Source: Sporopachydermia quercuum
Taxonomy: Eukaryota
Length of the DNA stretch: 64,000 nt
Reading direction: 5' to 3'
Assembly: GCA_001599295.1 (NCBI GenBank)
Contig: BCGN01000002.1
Coordinates: 248,001 to 312,000, forward strand
Of the stretch, positions 1 to 11,942 are shown one piece after another. Every line of letters begins with the position of its first letter. Position 1 is the first letter of the stretch. The position numbers and the translations under genes are program-made. Under the pieces are notes generated by a model. That model had not been told where the DNA came from. It did no database searches and was given only the letters and a program-made list of their open reading frames with translations.

Positions 1-2316
1 AATCACAGGATAATGAAAAACATTGCGAAACTCAATGGAAATGAATATTTTTCGATGTCAATCAGAGTTTCTATATATTTTTTAAGATAGATTCATTCAT
101 GTTTTTACTCATCTAATTGTATATTCTGTATTTGTATCAAGGCGTTAAATGGTTTCGCTGATTTGCTGTTGTGATCATGATAATGATTAAACTCCTAAAA
201 GTTGGCTGTCACAATTCAAAGACAATATGAAAATCAAGAGAAATTATTGAGCAAATCAACAGTTATCATCAATAATTGTTCAAATTATTGGCTGAATTCC
301 CAGTAAGAAAGTAAGTGAGAATTTACTTCCTTGCTGGGATTTCTATTGCAAGAGATATTTAAGCAAATAGTATAATACTATCTATTTACGCAATGTTGAT
401 ACTTTACCGTCTGTTGTGTTCCTATACATTTGGTAAATATATATATTTTTATTAGAGCTTAACAATCGGATAACAAGTAATCTATCTTAACAGTTCAATA
501 AAATCGGTGATATTAGCCAAATTCTCATAACTTGGCAGTAGAAATAAATATCTTTTTCTCTGATAATGATCATTCAGAACAATTTTACATTATAACATTA
601 TCACTTATGATGTTTGAAACAGTATTTTCATATGAAATAACGATAAGTTGAATATCAATAACACGGGAGTATAAACATCAAGTCCTCTAGAGCAGCCAAC
701 ACTAGTTGACTATCTAACTAAAAATAACTTCCCGTTTGATCCGAGAAAAAGAAAATAATATTGCATTTAATCCATGGTATTTCTATAATTTCTAAGGCGG
801 TCTATATACATCCCTAACTGAAAGTTGCAATTAATAATACTAGCCAAACCCTCATGAACGGCAATTGACCGATTCTGTCAAGAAGAAACTCCACTCTGAA
901 ATGTGACGTACCTTGCAACATCCGACAATGAAAAAAACGTGGTGAAGTATCCAGTGTAAATAATGCNTACTGTAACGAACACGATACAGAACAGAGGATG
1001 ACCAATGGAAACATGACTATTGGGATGGTTTGATAGAATGAGAATACAAATGCCAGTAAAATAGTGAAGAGAAAAGTTTAAATATCCTTGAAGTCCTATA
1101 ATAAAGTTTAAATTCCCCACATTTTGCTATTAAGCTCAAGATTTAAGTAATTAAAGTTCCTAATTTAAACTATAGACTTCGCCAGACAACTGTTCTGTTA
1201 GTGGAAATGAATGATAGACTACAACCTCTCATTCAACCAAACTTAAGATATATTAATTGATTGCTCTTAGTTTTTAGAGCTAAATAAAGATTGTCTATTG
1301 TTCTCCAAATATCAAATGCCTTATTTCCTTGGATCACTTTGTACCATCCCACATATCTTGCCTTTCTGGCCAACCCTAGATCTACTACCCCAGAGTTCAA
1401 AAATTAACTTTAACCTAAGATCTCAACCCAACTGCCATTTTTGGTCATTTCAAATATATGAAGTGGTATTCGATGATTTGACACCAGTGGCTTAATTGCA
1501 ATTCTTCGATGCCATTCTCAATATCCGTGACATTATTCATATAATTTGACTAAATCATATAGTTTTCATTCATTAAATCCTCAAACGCACCTATTATACC
1601 CAAATTTTCATACACAATATCCATCTCATTGCCAAATCATAAAGAAAACGTAATCGAATCAGACTCCAATAGCCCAATCTGGTTATTCTGTATCTCATCG
1701 GAAGCTTGCATCTTCAATCTTATCTTATCTCTTGAAACACATCTCCAACTCATTTTTAATTATCCGTACCTATTTGGCAGATATCCGATGAACAGAAGTA
1801 ATTTTCTTCCCAGTTTCCATGTTTCTAATCATCTTCATTCGCATCTATTATCATCATTCTATGCTTTTATGGTTTATGTCATATAAACCATAAAAGTATA
1901 TTCTGTTCTAACTATCATTATTCATTTACAGGTACGGTACAAATTTTTATCATTTAATCTAATCTTGGACTGAAAAGCGGAGAAAACCAAACGCAAAATG
2001 AATTGTATAAAAGCTTCTATCAATGCTATATTGCTTGAATGTTCACGATGATAGATATGAGAACTACTAGTCTGTTTCTAATGTAAGAATATTCCTGTCG
2101 TAAAAATAAGCCGTCAGTTGAAAGACATTGTACCACAAACGTTGATCGTTCAATTACACTTTGTCAATACTATCATCGACTTGCAGTATTGTCAAATCAA
2201 ATTCATACATTAGAGCTGAGATTACGTTCATCAACTTTATTATCTGCCACAGCTACTACAGTTCACACACATTAAACATCAATCAAATATATCAACCTAT
2301 TAGTTTCAATCCCACA

Positions 2317-3903
2317 ATGCTTGAGACAAATTCAACAAGTACCACGATTCCCCTCAAACTATCCAAGTTATCCTTCAACCAAATCTACTCCACTGTTAGC
2401 GAAAACTGGCTTCAAATCATCTTCAGTCTTTTCATCATCCATTTGATCTATAATTACTTCCGAAACGGATTATACAAAATTCCTGGTCCAGTTCTTGCAA
2501 AATTCACTAGATTATGGAAATTGAATGAAGCATACCAAGGAAATCATCATTGGAATTTAATCAAGTTGCATAGAAAATTAGGACCTTTGGTTCGTATCGG
2601 TCCCAATCACGTTTCTATTGGTGATGCTAATTATATCCCTGTTATTTACGGCTTAAAACGTGGTTACACCAAAACGGCGTTCTATCCTATACAATGTATT
2701 TCTTGGAACAAGAAACCTCAAATGAACTTATTCTCTGAAAGAAATGAAGATTATCATAAAGCTCAGATGAGATTCTTTGGTAATAGTTATGCTATGTCCT
2801 CTATCTTACAATTAGAAGATAAAATTGATTCTTGCTCTGAATTATTCTTAAAAAAACTTGATGAAACGTTAGCCGCCAGTGGAAACTCACGCACCACTAT
2901 TGATTTAGGAGCTTGGTTGCAATACTATGCATTTGATGTAGTTGGAGAAGTAACTTTTGGTTTAAAGCTTGGATTCCTTGAAAAAGGTGCTGATGTTGAT
3001 GGTATGATGCAAGCTATTAGAGGTATGCTTGATTATGCGGCAGTTATTGGTCAAGTGCCAGAATTACATAAGTTATTATTAGGAAATCCTTTATTCCCAT
3101 TATTGATGCCTTCAATGGAATCTTGGAACCAAGTTTTGGTTTTCACTTTAAAAGCAATTAATTCTAAAACTCATATTGAACGAGATGGCGAATTAGAAGG
3201 AGAGAAATCGGAAGACAAGGACTTATTATCGAGATGGTCAAGCGTTAAATCCTCGGATCCTAATAAAATGTCAACTAGAGATATCATTGTTCATTTATCA
3301 ACAAATGTGTTTGCAGGTAGTGATACGACCGCAATTGCCTTAAGAGCCGTTTTATACTATCTTATGAGGAATCCTGACATGATGCAAAAGGCTGTTGATG
3401 AATTAAACAGTGCAAACGAAAAAGGTTTACTATCACCTATTATTCAATATAAAGAGACCCAACAGCATTTACCTTATATTTCCGCTTGTATAAAAGAAGC
3501 TTTGAGAATTTTCCCATCCGTTGGTTATATTCTCGAAAGACACGTTCCAAAGGGCGGTTTAACTGTTGATGGTACTTTCATTCCTGAGGGAACCGTCGTT
3601 GGTATTAATGCTTGGGTTGTTCATCATGATGATGACGTGTTTTATCAAAGTGATAAGTTTATTCCTGAAAGATGGTTGAACTCGTCAAAGGAAGAACTGC
3701 AAAGAATGGAGAAAAGTATTTTTACTTTTGGAGCTGGAACTAGAACGTGTATTGGGAAGAACATTTCGTTGATTGAGATGAATAAGATAGTACCAATGTT
3801 GTTGATGAAGTATAAGATGAGTTTTGATAAGGAATGGACTACTCATAATTCATGGTTTGTTCAACAAGAGGGATTTGATGTCAGTTTCGAGAAAAGAGAA
3901 TAA
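2317..3903 (+). CDS. Cytochrome P450 monooxygenase (pisatin-demethylase-like group), intronless
   Basis: N-terminal TM anchor followed by IPGP, I-helix AGSDTT, K-helix EALR, PERW and heme motif FGAGTRTCIG. The ORF track starts at a TTG (2161); the first ATG is at 2317 (cacaATG). Confidence 0.93.
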   Translation: MLETNSTSTTIPLKLSKLSFNQIYSTVSENWLQIIFSLFIIHLIYNYFRNGLYKIPGPVLAKFTRLWKLNEAYQGNHHWNLIKLHRKLGPLVRIGPNHVSIGDANYIPVIYGLKRGYTKTAFYPIQCISWNKKPQMNLFSERNEDYHKAQMRFFGNSYAMSSILQLEDKIDSCSELFLKKLDETLAASGNSRTTIDLGAWLQYYAFDVVGEVTFGLKLGFLEKGADVDGMMQAIRGMLDYAAVIGQVPELHKLLLGNPLFPLLMPSMESWNQVLVFTLKAINSKTHIERDGELEGEKSEDKDLLSRWSSVKSSDPNKMSTRDIIVHLSTNVFAGSDTTAIALRAVLYYLMRNPDMMQKAVDELNSANEKGLLSPIIQYKETQQHLPYISACIKEALRIFPSVGYILERHVPKGGLTVDGTFIPEGTVVGINAWVVHHDDDVFYQSDKFIPERWLNSSKEELQRMEKSIFTFGAGTRTCIGKNISLIEMNKIVPMLLMKYKMSFDKEWTTHNSWFVQQEGFDVSFEKRE

Positions 3904-5207
3904 TCGTGGAAAAAGAAGAAAGAAAGAAAAAAAAAAAAAAAAAAGGATAGAAACTTGATTAAATTGAATTGAATATGAGCTAATTATTGAATGTGTTTAT
4001 GAAATGATTAATGAAATAATGAATAGTAAACTTTAACAGGACTAAAATATTATCTATGTCTACTTAGTAGTATACATTCTGATTTTTCTTATCATCAGTT
4101 GTATTAATTAATAATATAACCCCATTACATCAAGTAATAGACTATAATATATACATGACTTCCATTCGTATATATTATTTTTATACCTATTCTGGTTTTA
4201 TTCCTTGTTTCATTCTTTTACTGTTTCACCTCCCAACTGCCTATTCCTACGTTTTAGAATAATAAGCAGTATATTTTCCAAATGGTATAACTTCAATAAT
4301 TTATGCAGCTTTAACGAAAGAAAAAGAAATTAATCGCCGAAAAAGGAATTCAGTTTAGATTTTATATATGAAGAAATATATTTGGCATTTGTTATAACAT
4401 TGAGATTGAGTATTTGAATCAAAATTAAGTGAAAAGCCGTCATTTTGGAAGTTCTTGCTTATGGTTATTAATAAAGTAACAGGATAAGCTATTTGAGAGA
4501 GGATATAGCTTATTAATGGTTTTCTCTTTTCCTTCTTTTCTTCAGAAGATCAAGAAAAACCAGTTTTCCTCTTTTATCAACAAGAACTTAAAACTAAAAT
4601 AGAAGATTTCAACATCAACATTTTTACATTATATATATGAACAAAAGATGTAAGATGTTCCATATGTTTAACAGTAAAACTACTCTATTATTCTGGTTCA
4701 GGAGGGTTGGATTATGTTACGGTTAACTACCGATAATTCCATTAATTATTAACGCTCTCTCTCCTTCGTTCTTCTTTTTTTCCTTTTCTCTTCTGTTCAG
4801 TTATCATTTTTCAGATGGGTGCCTCAATCATAGAGAACAGTTGGGATTGAACAGCTATAAGTTCTTCCTGTCATATAACAGTGATCACGCTTATCAATCA
4901 CTCATTAATATTCAACATCTAATTGCTGCTACCGCTGTCTATTTCCTTTATACAATTGCAATACGTATAAAGCAATTAATAGAATGAAAGAGAATCTTGC
5001 TTCGCCAGCAGCTACTGGAAATGATTGTCTTGTTGCATTCTATGTTATTATGGTACGTCAACAACAAAGCTATCAATTCATTCTTACTGGCTTCCCTAGC
5101 ATAAGTTGTTCATTCGCAGATCTTCTAACCAACAAATACAGCATCTTTCATCCTCTCCTTGACACAGTATAAGTGTCGACTATTCACAATTGCCCATAGC
5201 AGCTTTA

Positions 5208-6044
5208 TTAGTTCTTCTTGTTGGCTCCTGCCTTTCCACTTGGGACTTTAATATAACTCAACAACCTCAAAATCTTAGCCTTTATGCTTCCATATTGTAA
5301 TTTGATCCCAACAGGAACATATGATGAGGTATTGATGAATGAATCAACTCTTGACTCCCACACTTTCACGACAATATTCATAAAACGAGAACCGCGGAAT
5401 CTCAATTTGAGAAAACAAAGATAGAAATACATAACTAGAACACCAATGATATCAAATTTAAATATACCAAGTAAAGCAGCAAATATTAATCTACCGCCAG
5501 TCATTAATTCAAAAGTAGCAGCAATAAACATTGAGGCATCATTCTTACTACGGACAAACTCACCAATTTTAGTTGATAAGTAGGATGAGCCTTCATAACC
5601 AAAACATGGGAGAATGAAAGCTCTGAAATACGATAACCAATGGAATCCTGCATAAATAGCAAACGGTAGTAAGCTGATAGTTATTGACTTGCCAGGAATG
5701 AAACTTAAGGCAAACCACATTACTGCAACGATGAGGTATTGAATGTTCTCATCAGTTAACATATGAGCGAATATTCCCTGAGGCGTTTTATATGTGAGAA
5801 ATGCAATGATGGTGTAACTGATAATAGTACAGATAAATGCTGTTCTATAAAAGAACATTTGTCCTGTTATCATGAAAATCAGGGTTGATATAAGGCATCC
5901 GGTATGATGTGCTATCCATATGAATTGAGGAGATTTCACCAAAGGTTTCAAGTTTGAAAACCCTTGAGCAATTGAGGGTTTTGCAGCATTCTTAGATCTG
6001 GAAGAGGTCGATGATGATGCAAATGCGCCTGTTTCTTCAGCCAT
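5208..6044 (-). CDS. POM33: TMEM33/Pom33 (UPF0121) family ER/nuclear-pore membrane protein
   Basis: 278 aa multi-TM protein with family motifs QFIWIAHH, YRTAF, DENIQYL, LLPFAIYAGFH and FLKLRF. Confidence 0.8.
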   Translation of the reverse strand: MAEETGAFASSSTSSRSKNAAKPSIAQGFSNLKPLVKSPQFIWIAHHTGCLISTLIFMITGQMFFYRTAFICTIISYTIIAFLTYKTPQGIFAHMLTDENIQYLIVAVMWFALSFIPGKSITISLLPFAIYAGFHWLSYFRAFILPCFGYEGSSYLSTKIGEFVRSKNDASMFIAATFELMTGGRLIFAALLGIFKFDIIGVLVMYFYLCFLKLRFRGSRFMNIVVKVWESRVDSFINTSSYVPVGIKLQYGSIKAKILRLLSYIKVPSGKAGANKKN

Positions 6045-6960
6045 TTTGATGATATTTCTATGTTATATTCAATTCGACGTTGATTGTTATGTTGATGCTG
6101 ATACTGGCGATGTGTTCTATCATGTAAGCAATGGTTGTACTAATGCTCAATAGCTTAATCTGATCTGATCTCAACAATTGAAAAATTAGAGTGTTAATTA
6201 GGAGTTGTTAATCTATTAGTAAATTGGTCAAACAACTGATTGACTGGTGAAAGGCTGTTCTTGATGGTTAAAGTATGGTAGATTCTGAAGAAGGAGTACT
6301 GAGTTATTCTGATGATTGAATGGAAATGTTTGGAAAAATAAAGGGTGAAGGCGAAATTTGGGTTGTTGTTAGTGGAGATAAGGTTGGGTCTTATGCATGA
6401 CTGTGCAGGAGAAGCCGAATATTCATGGAGTAACCACAGAAGTATATGATAGCAGGGTAAGAAGTAAATTAGTTTGATATAAAATGCTCGGAGATTTTAT
6501 TATATATTAAGCTAGTTGAGCATATCTCAGGTTTTCTCTGGTTGTTTGTGAGGCAGATTTGTATATTGTCTTTGGGTGGTACTTCCGTTTATCTGATAAG
6601 GTTCAGCTTTCTATGCAATGATCTGCAAGTACTGGAAGAACTACAGAACATGCATTTTGAAGATTAACCACTATTTGAGCGAAAAGTGCTTGGTTTTATA
6701 ATGCCTTGAAACAATAATGTATACAATCAATTCTACTTGAATCGAACTCAATCATCAGTCTGTAGTTTTTGTATTTTGGTCTAGTATCCTATTCGTTCTT
6801 CACGTTCTACTCTCATCTGTCAATTCACAATTTTGTTGGTAAATAAGGTTCAGATAATATGTATCCTTCATGCACCATATAAATCTCACATTTTTCGAGT
6901 ACAATTCAAAGTACTTCATTCATGATTCAACCAAACGTTTTTATCACCAACTCTTTGTTA

Positions 6961-7305
6961 ATAAACAAATCAATTTCTTTGCTAATACTACCTTTAATCT
7001 CCTCCTTTTGCTAGTATAATTTTTATTCCTTCCAAACTTCATCTCTGTTGTTTGTCACCCAACACAACCTCATTGTATATTACCCGGTCCATGTTGTTTC
7101 CCAATAAAGCCCTATCGCTCGATTGTCGTTTGGGCCCATTGTTTCTTTCGTTGCCTTGGAAACATTAACCTCGCAGTACAAACGCGTAGCATCAACTTTA
7201 TTGCCTTTCTAGTCGTAACGTCAAATATTTCACGTAGTTAAATTAAATTACCCGTCAATTATTATTTCCCGTTTCACATACATACACATAAATGTGTTTG
7301 TTTAC
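6961..7305. promoter_or_regulatory. Divergent POM33/TUB2 promoter with Reb1-like, MCB and forkhead-like sites
   Basis: TTACCCGG at 7080-7087, TTACCCG at 7248-7254, ACGCGT at 7182-7187, ATAAACAA at 6961-6968 and TGTTTAC near 7299-7305. These are motif matches only. Confidence 0.4.
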
Positions 7306-7499
7306 ATTTCAACTTTTCATCATCAAATCATTTTCACACTGAGGAATAAAGCAAAACTCTTATAGTATTTGCTGTTAATCTTTTTCATTATTATCTACAT
7401 AGAAAGAGAACTGCTTGCTTCCAATCTACTTTATTAAAGCAAACGATTGTAACTTTCGAGCTGAAAACGGTAGCAGGTTTAGTATAGTTATCTGTAACA

Positions 7500-9854
7500 A
7501 TGAGAGAAATTGTAAGTAGATGAATCATTGTTGTGTTGGTGATGAATGATCTATGTACGATGGTCGATCAGTTCTATTACGCTTTGAAATATAAAGAAAC
7601 AAAGTACTTGTTCAATGAAAGAGAAGGGAAGAGATATTGAAGTTGGGAGTCAACACTTATCAAAGAGGGTGGAATTGAGAAGTTTTAATATGATATGTTC
7701 GATTCGTTGGATTGTGATTGATCTGATGAAATGAGATGATTCAGTATGAAAGCTAACAAGTGGTATTAGATTCATTTATCTACTGGTCAATGTGGTAACC
7801 AAATTGTAAGTATACAGTAATTGAAATGTTGATGCAATTTACAACGATATGAATAACACCTTTAGGAGAAGATTAAGATGATTGCCGATTGCTATCAAAT
7901 AGTGTCTGATCGATCTTTGATCTTAATTTTGATTGTAAATTGTTGGATATCGAATGAAATTTGAGCAAATTTGTAGTTCTAATGTTGTCAACAATTGCTG
8001 ATCATTATGAGAAAGTGATTTACAGGATATAATGTGGTCAAATGTATTAACAACTGTATTTTTAGGGCGCTGCCTTCTGGTATGTTAACTGACGAAATGC
8101 AAAAGCATTGTAGTTGAGAAAAGATAGATTTTATAAAAGATGAATTGATTTAGTTTTGCAAACGACAAAAGATAGAGATAAGGGACGTTACATGAGCATA
8201 ATCATTGAAAAATAGTATAAAGCAAAAGATTATATTATGGAAAGAAGAGAGTATCTAAAAAACATCATTTTGAACAACCAGAAAACCATGAGGTGTCACT
8301 GAGTCTGCTGAAGATAGAGAAGGATCAGCTACAATCTACTACCAAGCGATCACCGATTTGTGTTTTCAATTATAAATTCTTCTTTGCGCTAACACGGTTA
8401 TAGGGAAACTATCTGTGGTGAACATGGAATTTCTATGGACGGATCGTATGTATTGAATAAGCAGTTGTTCAGGATAACATTCTCGTCGTGTGCCGCTTAC
8501 TGACAGTTGATTTAGATACCATGGTGATCAGGAATTGCAAAAATCCCGTTTAAATGTTTACTTCAATGAGGTATGTTTTCTTTCTATGTCACAGGCTGAA
8601 AAATGAACATAAATAGTGCTCTCAATAAGCAATTTGGAGATTGATGCTAACCCGCTCTCTCAATAGGCCAGTGGGGGAAAGTACGTTCCAAGATCTTTAA
8701 TGGTTGATTTAGAACCAGGTACCATGGATGCCGTGCGATCATCACCTTTAGGTAACTTGTTCAGACCTGACAACTACATTTTTGGACAAGCATCAGCTGG
8801 TAACGTTTGGGCTAAGGGACATTATACAGAAGGTGCAGAATTAGTCGATTCTGTCTTAGATGTTGTCAGAAGAGAAGCAGAAGGCTGTGACTCTTTACAA
8901 GGTTTTCAAATCACCCACTCTTTAGGTGGTGGTACTGGGTCCGGTATGGGTACTTTGATCATTTCCAAAATCAGAGAAGAGTTCCCTGATAGAATGATGG
9001 CAACTTTCTCAGTTGTTCCTTCACCCAAGGTTTCTGATACTGTGGTTGAACCATATAATGCGACATTATCCGTTCATCAGTTAGTTGAAAACTCTGATGA
9101 AACTTTCTGTATTGATAATGAAGCTTTATACGATATCTGTCAAAGAACATTAAAGCTTCAGCAACCAACTTACGCTGATTTGAATCATTTGGTGTCCTCA
9201 GTTATGTCTGGTGTCACCACCTCTTTAAGATACCCTGGTCAATTGAACTCTGATTTAAGAAAATTAGCTGTTAATTTGGTTCCTTTCCCAAGATTACATT
9301 TCTTCATGGTTGGTTATGCTCCTTTAACTTCCCTTGGTGCTAAGTCTTTCCAAGCATTGACTGTTCCCGAATTAACTCAACAAATGTTTGATCCTAGAAA
9401 TATGATGGCTGCCTCTGACCCCAGAAATGGTCGATACCTTACTGTTGCTACTTTCTTCAGAGGTAAAGTCTCAGTTAAGGAAGTCGAAGATCAAATGCAC
9501 AACGTTCAAACCAGAAATGCAGCTAACTTCGTAGAGTGGATTCCCAATAATGTTCAAACTGCTGTTTGCTCAATGCCTCCAAAGGATCTTGACATGTCTG
9601 CCACTTTTGTTGGTAACTCAACTTCTATTCAAGATCTATTCAAGAGAATCGGTGACCAATTCTCAGCTATGTACAGAAGAAAGGCTTTCTTGCATTGGTA
9701 TACTAGTGAAGGTATGGAAGAAATGGAATTCACTGAAGCTGAATCTAATATGAAGGATTTGGTCAGCGAGTACCAACAATATCAAGATGCTGGTGTAGAT
9801 GATGAAGAAGATTATGATGATGGCCAAATGATGGACACTGATATGGCTATGTAA
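7500..9854 (+). CDS. TUB2: Beta-tubulin, 6 exons, 448 aa: join(7500..7511,7770..7805,8066..8079,8404..8445,8516..8570,8667..9854)
   Basis: Spliced exons read [71 protein letters not shown], and GGGTGSG is present. All five introns are GT(A/T)-AG with branch-like motifs, and the total length is divisible by 3. Confidence 0.97.
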
Positions 9855-10454
9855 ATTCACCGATCAATTTTTGATTCATTCTCTTCTTTCCTTATCGCAG
9901 TTGTTGTGTTCTCTTCTTAACATATTCTCCCTATGTTGATAATCATTATTACTTAACAAATTTTACTAAATATGCTAATAATATTCTGTAAAATTTGTCA
10001 TTATACCTATTTCTTCGTTTTACAACTAATTTATTCATTTATCTTATTCTACTGTTAATTCACTTATTATTTTACCCAAATGTTACTATATACCATAATG
10101 TGTTTTTTTTTCCTTATCAATGGAATGGCTTTTCTTTTTTTTATCCTCTTGTTACACTTGTTCTCACCTTAAACTTTTGCACTTCTTACTTACATACATT
10201 TTGGATTGAGAAAGCTAGGCATTGAACAACTAATTCATAATGTGAATTTCCATCCTAAGTCGATATCAGTCCGTCCGTCTGTTGATATTTCCTTCTTTCT
10301 CTTTCTATGTGATTTATTGATGGCCCATAAAACAAAAAATGGTAGCCTTTTATTGGGCATATCTAATTTATATCTATAATAATACTATAAAACTCTTTGT
10401 TCAATCTATAATAGCCCACCAAATTTATGTCATTCCTGTCGCCTTCTATATCTT

Positions 10455-11942
10455 TTATGACGCTCTCACTAAATCTATAATAAGTGGGAATACATCTCTA
10501 TCAACATTATCACCAAACACCAGATCCAAATGTTCGTAACCGTCAACAGAATGAATCTTAGCTTTCACAATTTCACCTAATCCTTTAGCAAACTCAATAT
10601 GGTTTTCTTCTTTGAATAATAATGTATCATTCATACCATAAACAAGTTCTACAGCAGTAGTTATATTTTCAAATGGATAGATAGTTGAGCTTTCTTTTGT
10701 TTGCTTGTGGTTGATACTGCTTCTTTTACCATTTATGTGTTCACTATTACTATCCTCATAAACAACATCATAAGCATTCTTCCCATCGCCAGACTGCCTA
10801 TCTGCTCCACAATAATTCATCAACGGCCGAATAAAATCAAGCGTAGAACAATCGAAAACCTCCTTATGAACTGAATCAATTTCAACATGGAAAATAAATC
10901 CCATAACTTGAAGAAATAATGCAAACAACCAAGAAAGCAATCCTAAAGAGCTTGATTTCCATGAAAAAGCAGGATCAAAGGTGCCAAACTCTCCAGTACG
11001 TATTATTTGGAACCAATGGACAACCACCTTCACTGATGTACAACTGAACATATGGTTATAGCAAACTGTCTTATGTAGTTTATCTTGCATATTTCTATTG
11101 TCCCAATCGAACAGATATTTTAATGAAACATCAATTATCTTTATATATAACCAATTATGATTATATTGGCGGGAGACTGGTAGATCACGAGTGAATAATA
11201 CTTCGTTACCCATCATTGAGCTGGTACCAAATATCCAATAGATTAACCATGGGAACAAAATATTGCTACTTAAAAGCAGCTTAAATATCCAATTCGATAT
11301 TGCATTAATCCCTTGCAGCTTTATAGGAGGTGAAATACCTACAAACTTCGTTATCTGATTGTTGAGTTTCGTATCAATAGCTAAAGCAGCTAATCCTTGA
11401 GCACAGCCTTGGGAGAATCCTACGAATATGAATTTCTCAGGACCATTATCACCATAGTTGTTGTTGATGTAAAAGTTGTATATGTATCTAACGGAATCAG
11501 GTATATCATATTTGATGAATTCATCGATAGAAAAATCCCAATAGCGAGGATCTCGCACTCCAATTTTATGATCGGTCGTATTCTTGTTGCTACTGCCATT
11601 ATCTGATGCTGAAGTATTTTCACCTACCATATGGCTAGAGTACTTATNCCCACGGTTGTTTCCTAACCAAACATCATACCCTTGATTAAATAGAGTGAAT
11701 GCAAGAGATTTCTTCTCTGAAACGCCAACTGTCCATAATTCTGAGCATGTCATTAGCCCATGGTGAAGATAAACAGCTTTACCTGTATTATATGAATTAT
11801 TCTTGCCAATTCTATGAAGTGTTAGGATATAGTTATCTGTTGTGACTACTTGGTGAGATTGTATGGTGAAATCAAACAATCTTGCTAAGTCGTAAATATT
11901 TCTTGTTTGATTCACTTTGTCTAAGGAGACTTCTACTGACAT
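10455..11942 (-). CDS. Alpha/beta-hydrolase lipase, steryl ester hydrolase (Tgl1/Yeh1/Yeh2 family)
   Basis: Motifs VTTDNYILTLHRI, YLHHGLM, GYDVWLGNNRG, nucleophile GFSQG and catalytic His in YEHLDL. First ATG is at 11942. There is one N base at 11648. Confidence 0.9.
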   Translation of the reverse strand: MSVEVSLDKVNQTRNIYDLARLFDFTIQSHQVVTTDNYILTLHRIGKNNSYNTGKAVYLHHGLMTCSELWTVGVSEKKSLAFTLFNQGYDVWLGNNRGXKYSSHMVGENTSASDNGSSNKNTTDHKIGVRDPRYWDFSIDEFIKYDIPDSVRYIYNFYINNNYGDNGPEKFIFVGFSQGCAQGLAALAIDTKLNNQITKFVGISPPIKLQGINAISNWIFKLLLSSNILFPWLIYWIFGTSSMMGNEVLFTRDLPVSRQYNHNWLYIKIIDVSLKYLFDWDNRNMQDKLHKTVCYNHMFSCTSVKVVVHWFQIIRTGEFGTFDPAFSWKSSSLGLLSWLFALFLQVMGFIFHVEIDSVHKEVFDCSTLDFIRPLMNYCGADRQSGDGKNAYDVVYEDSNSEHINGKRSSINHKQTKESSTIYPFENITTAVELVYGMNDTLLFKEENHIEFAKGLGEIVKAKIHSVDGYEHLDLVFGDNVDRDVFPLIIDLVRAS

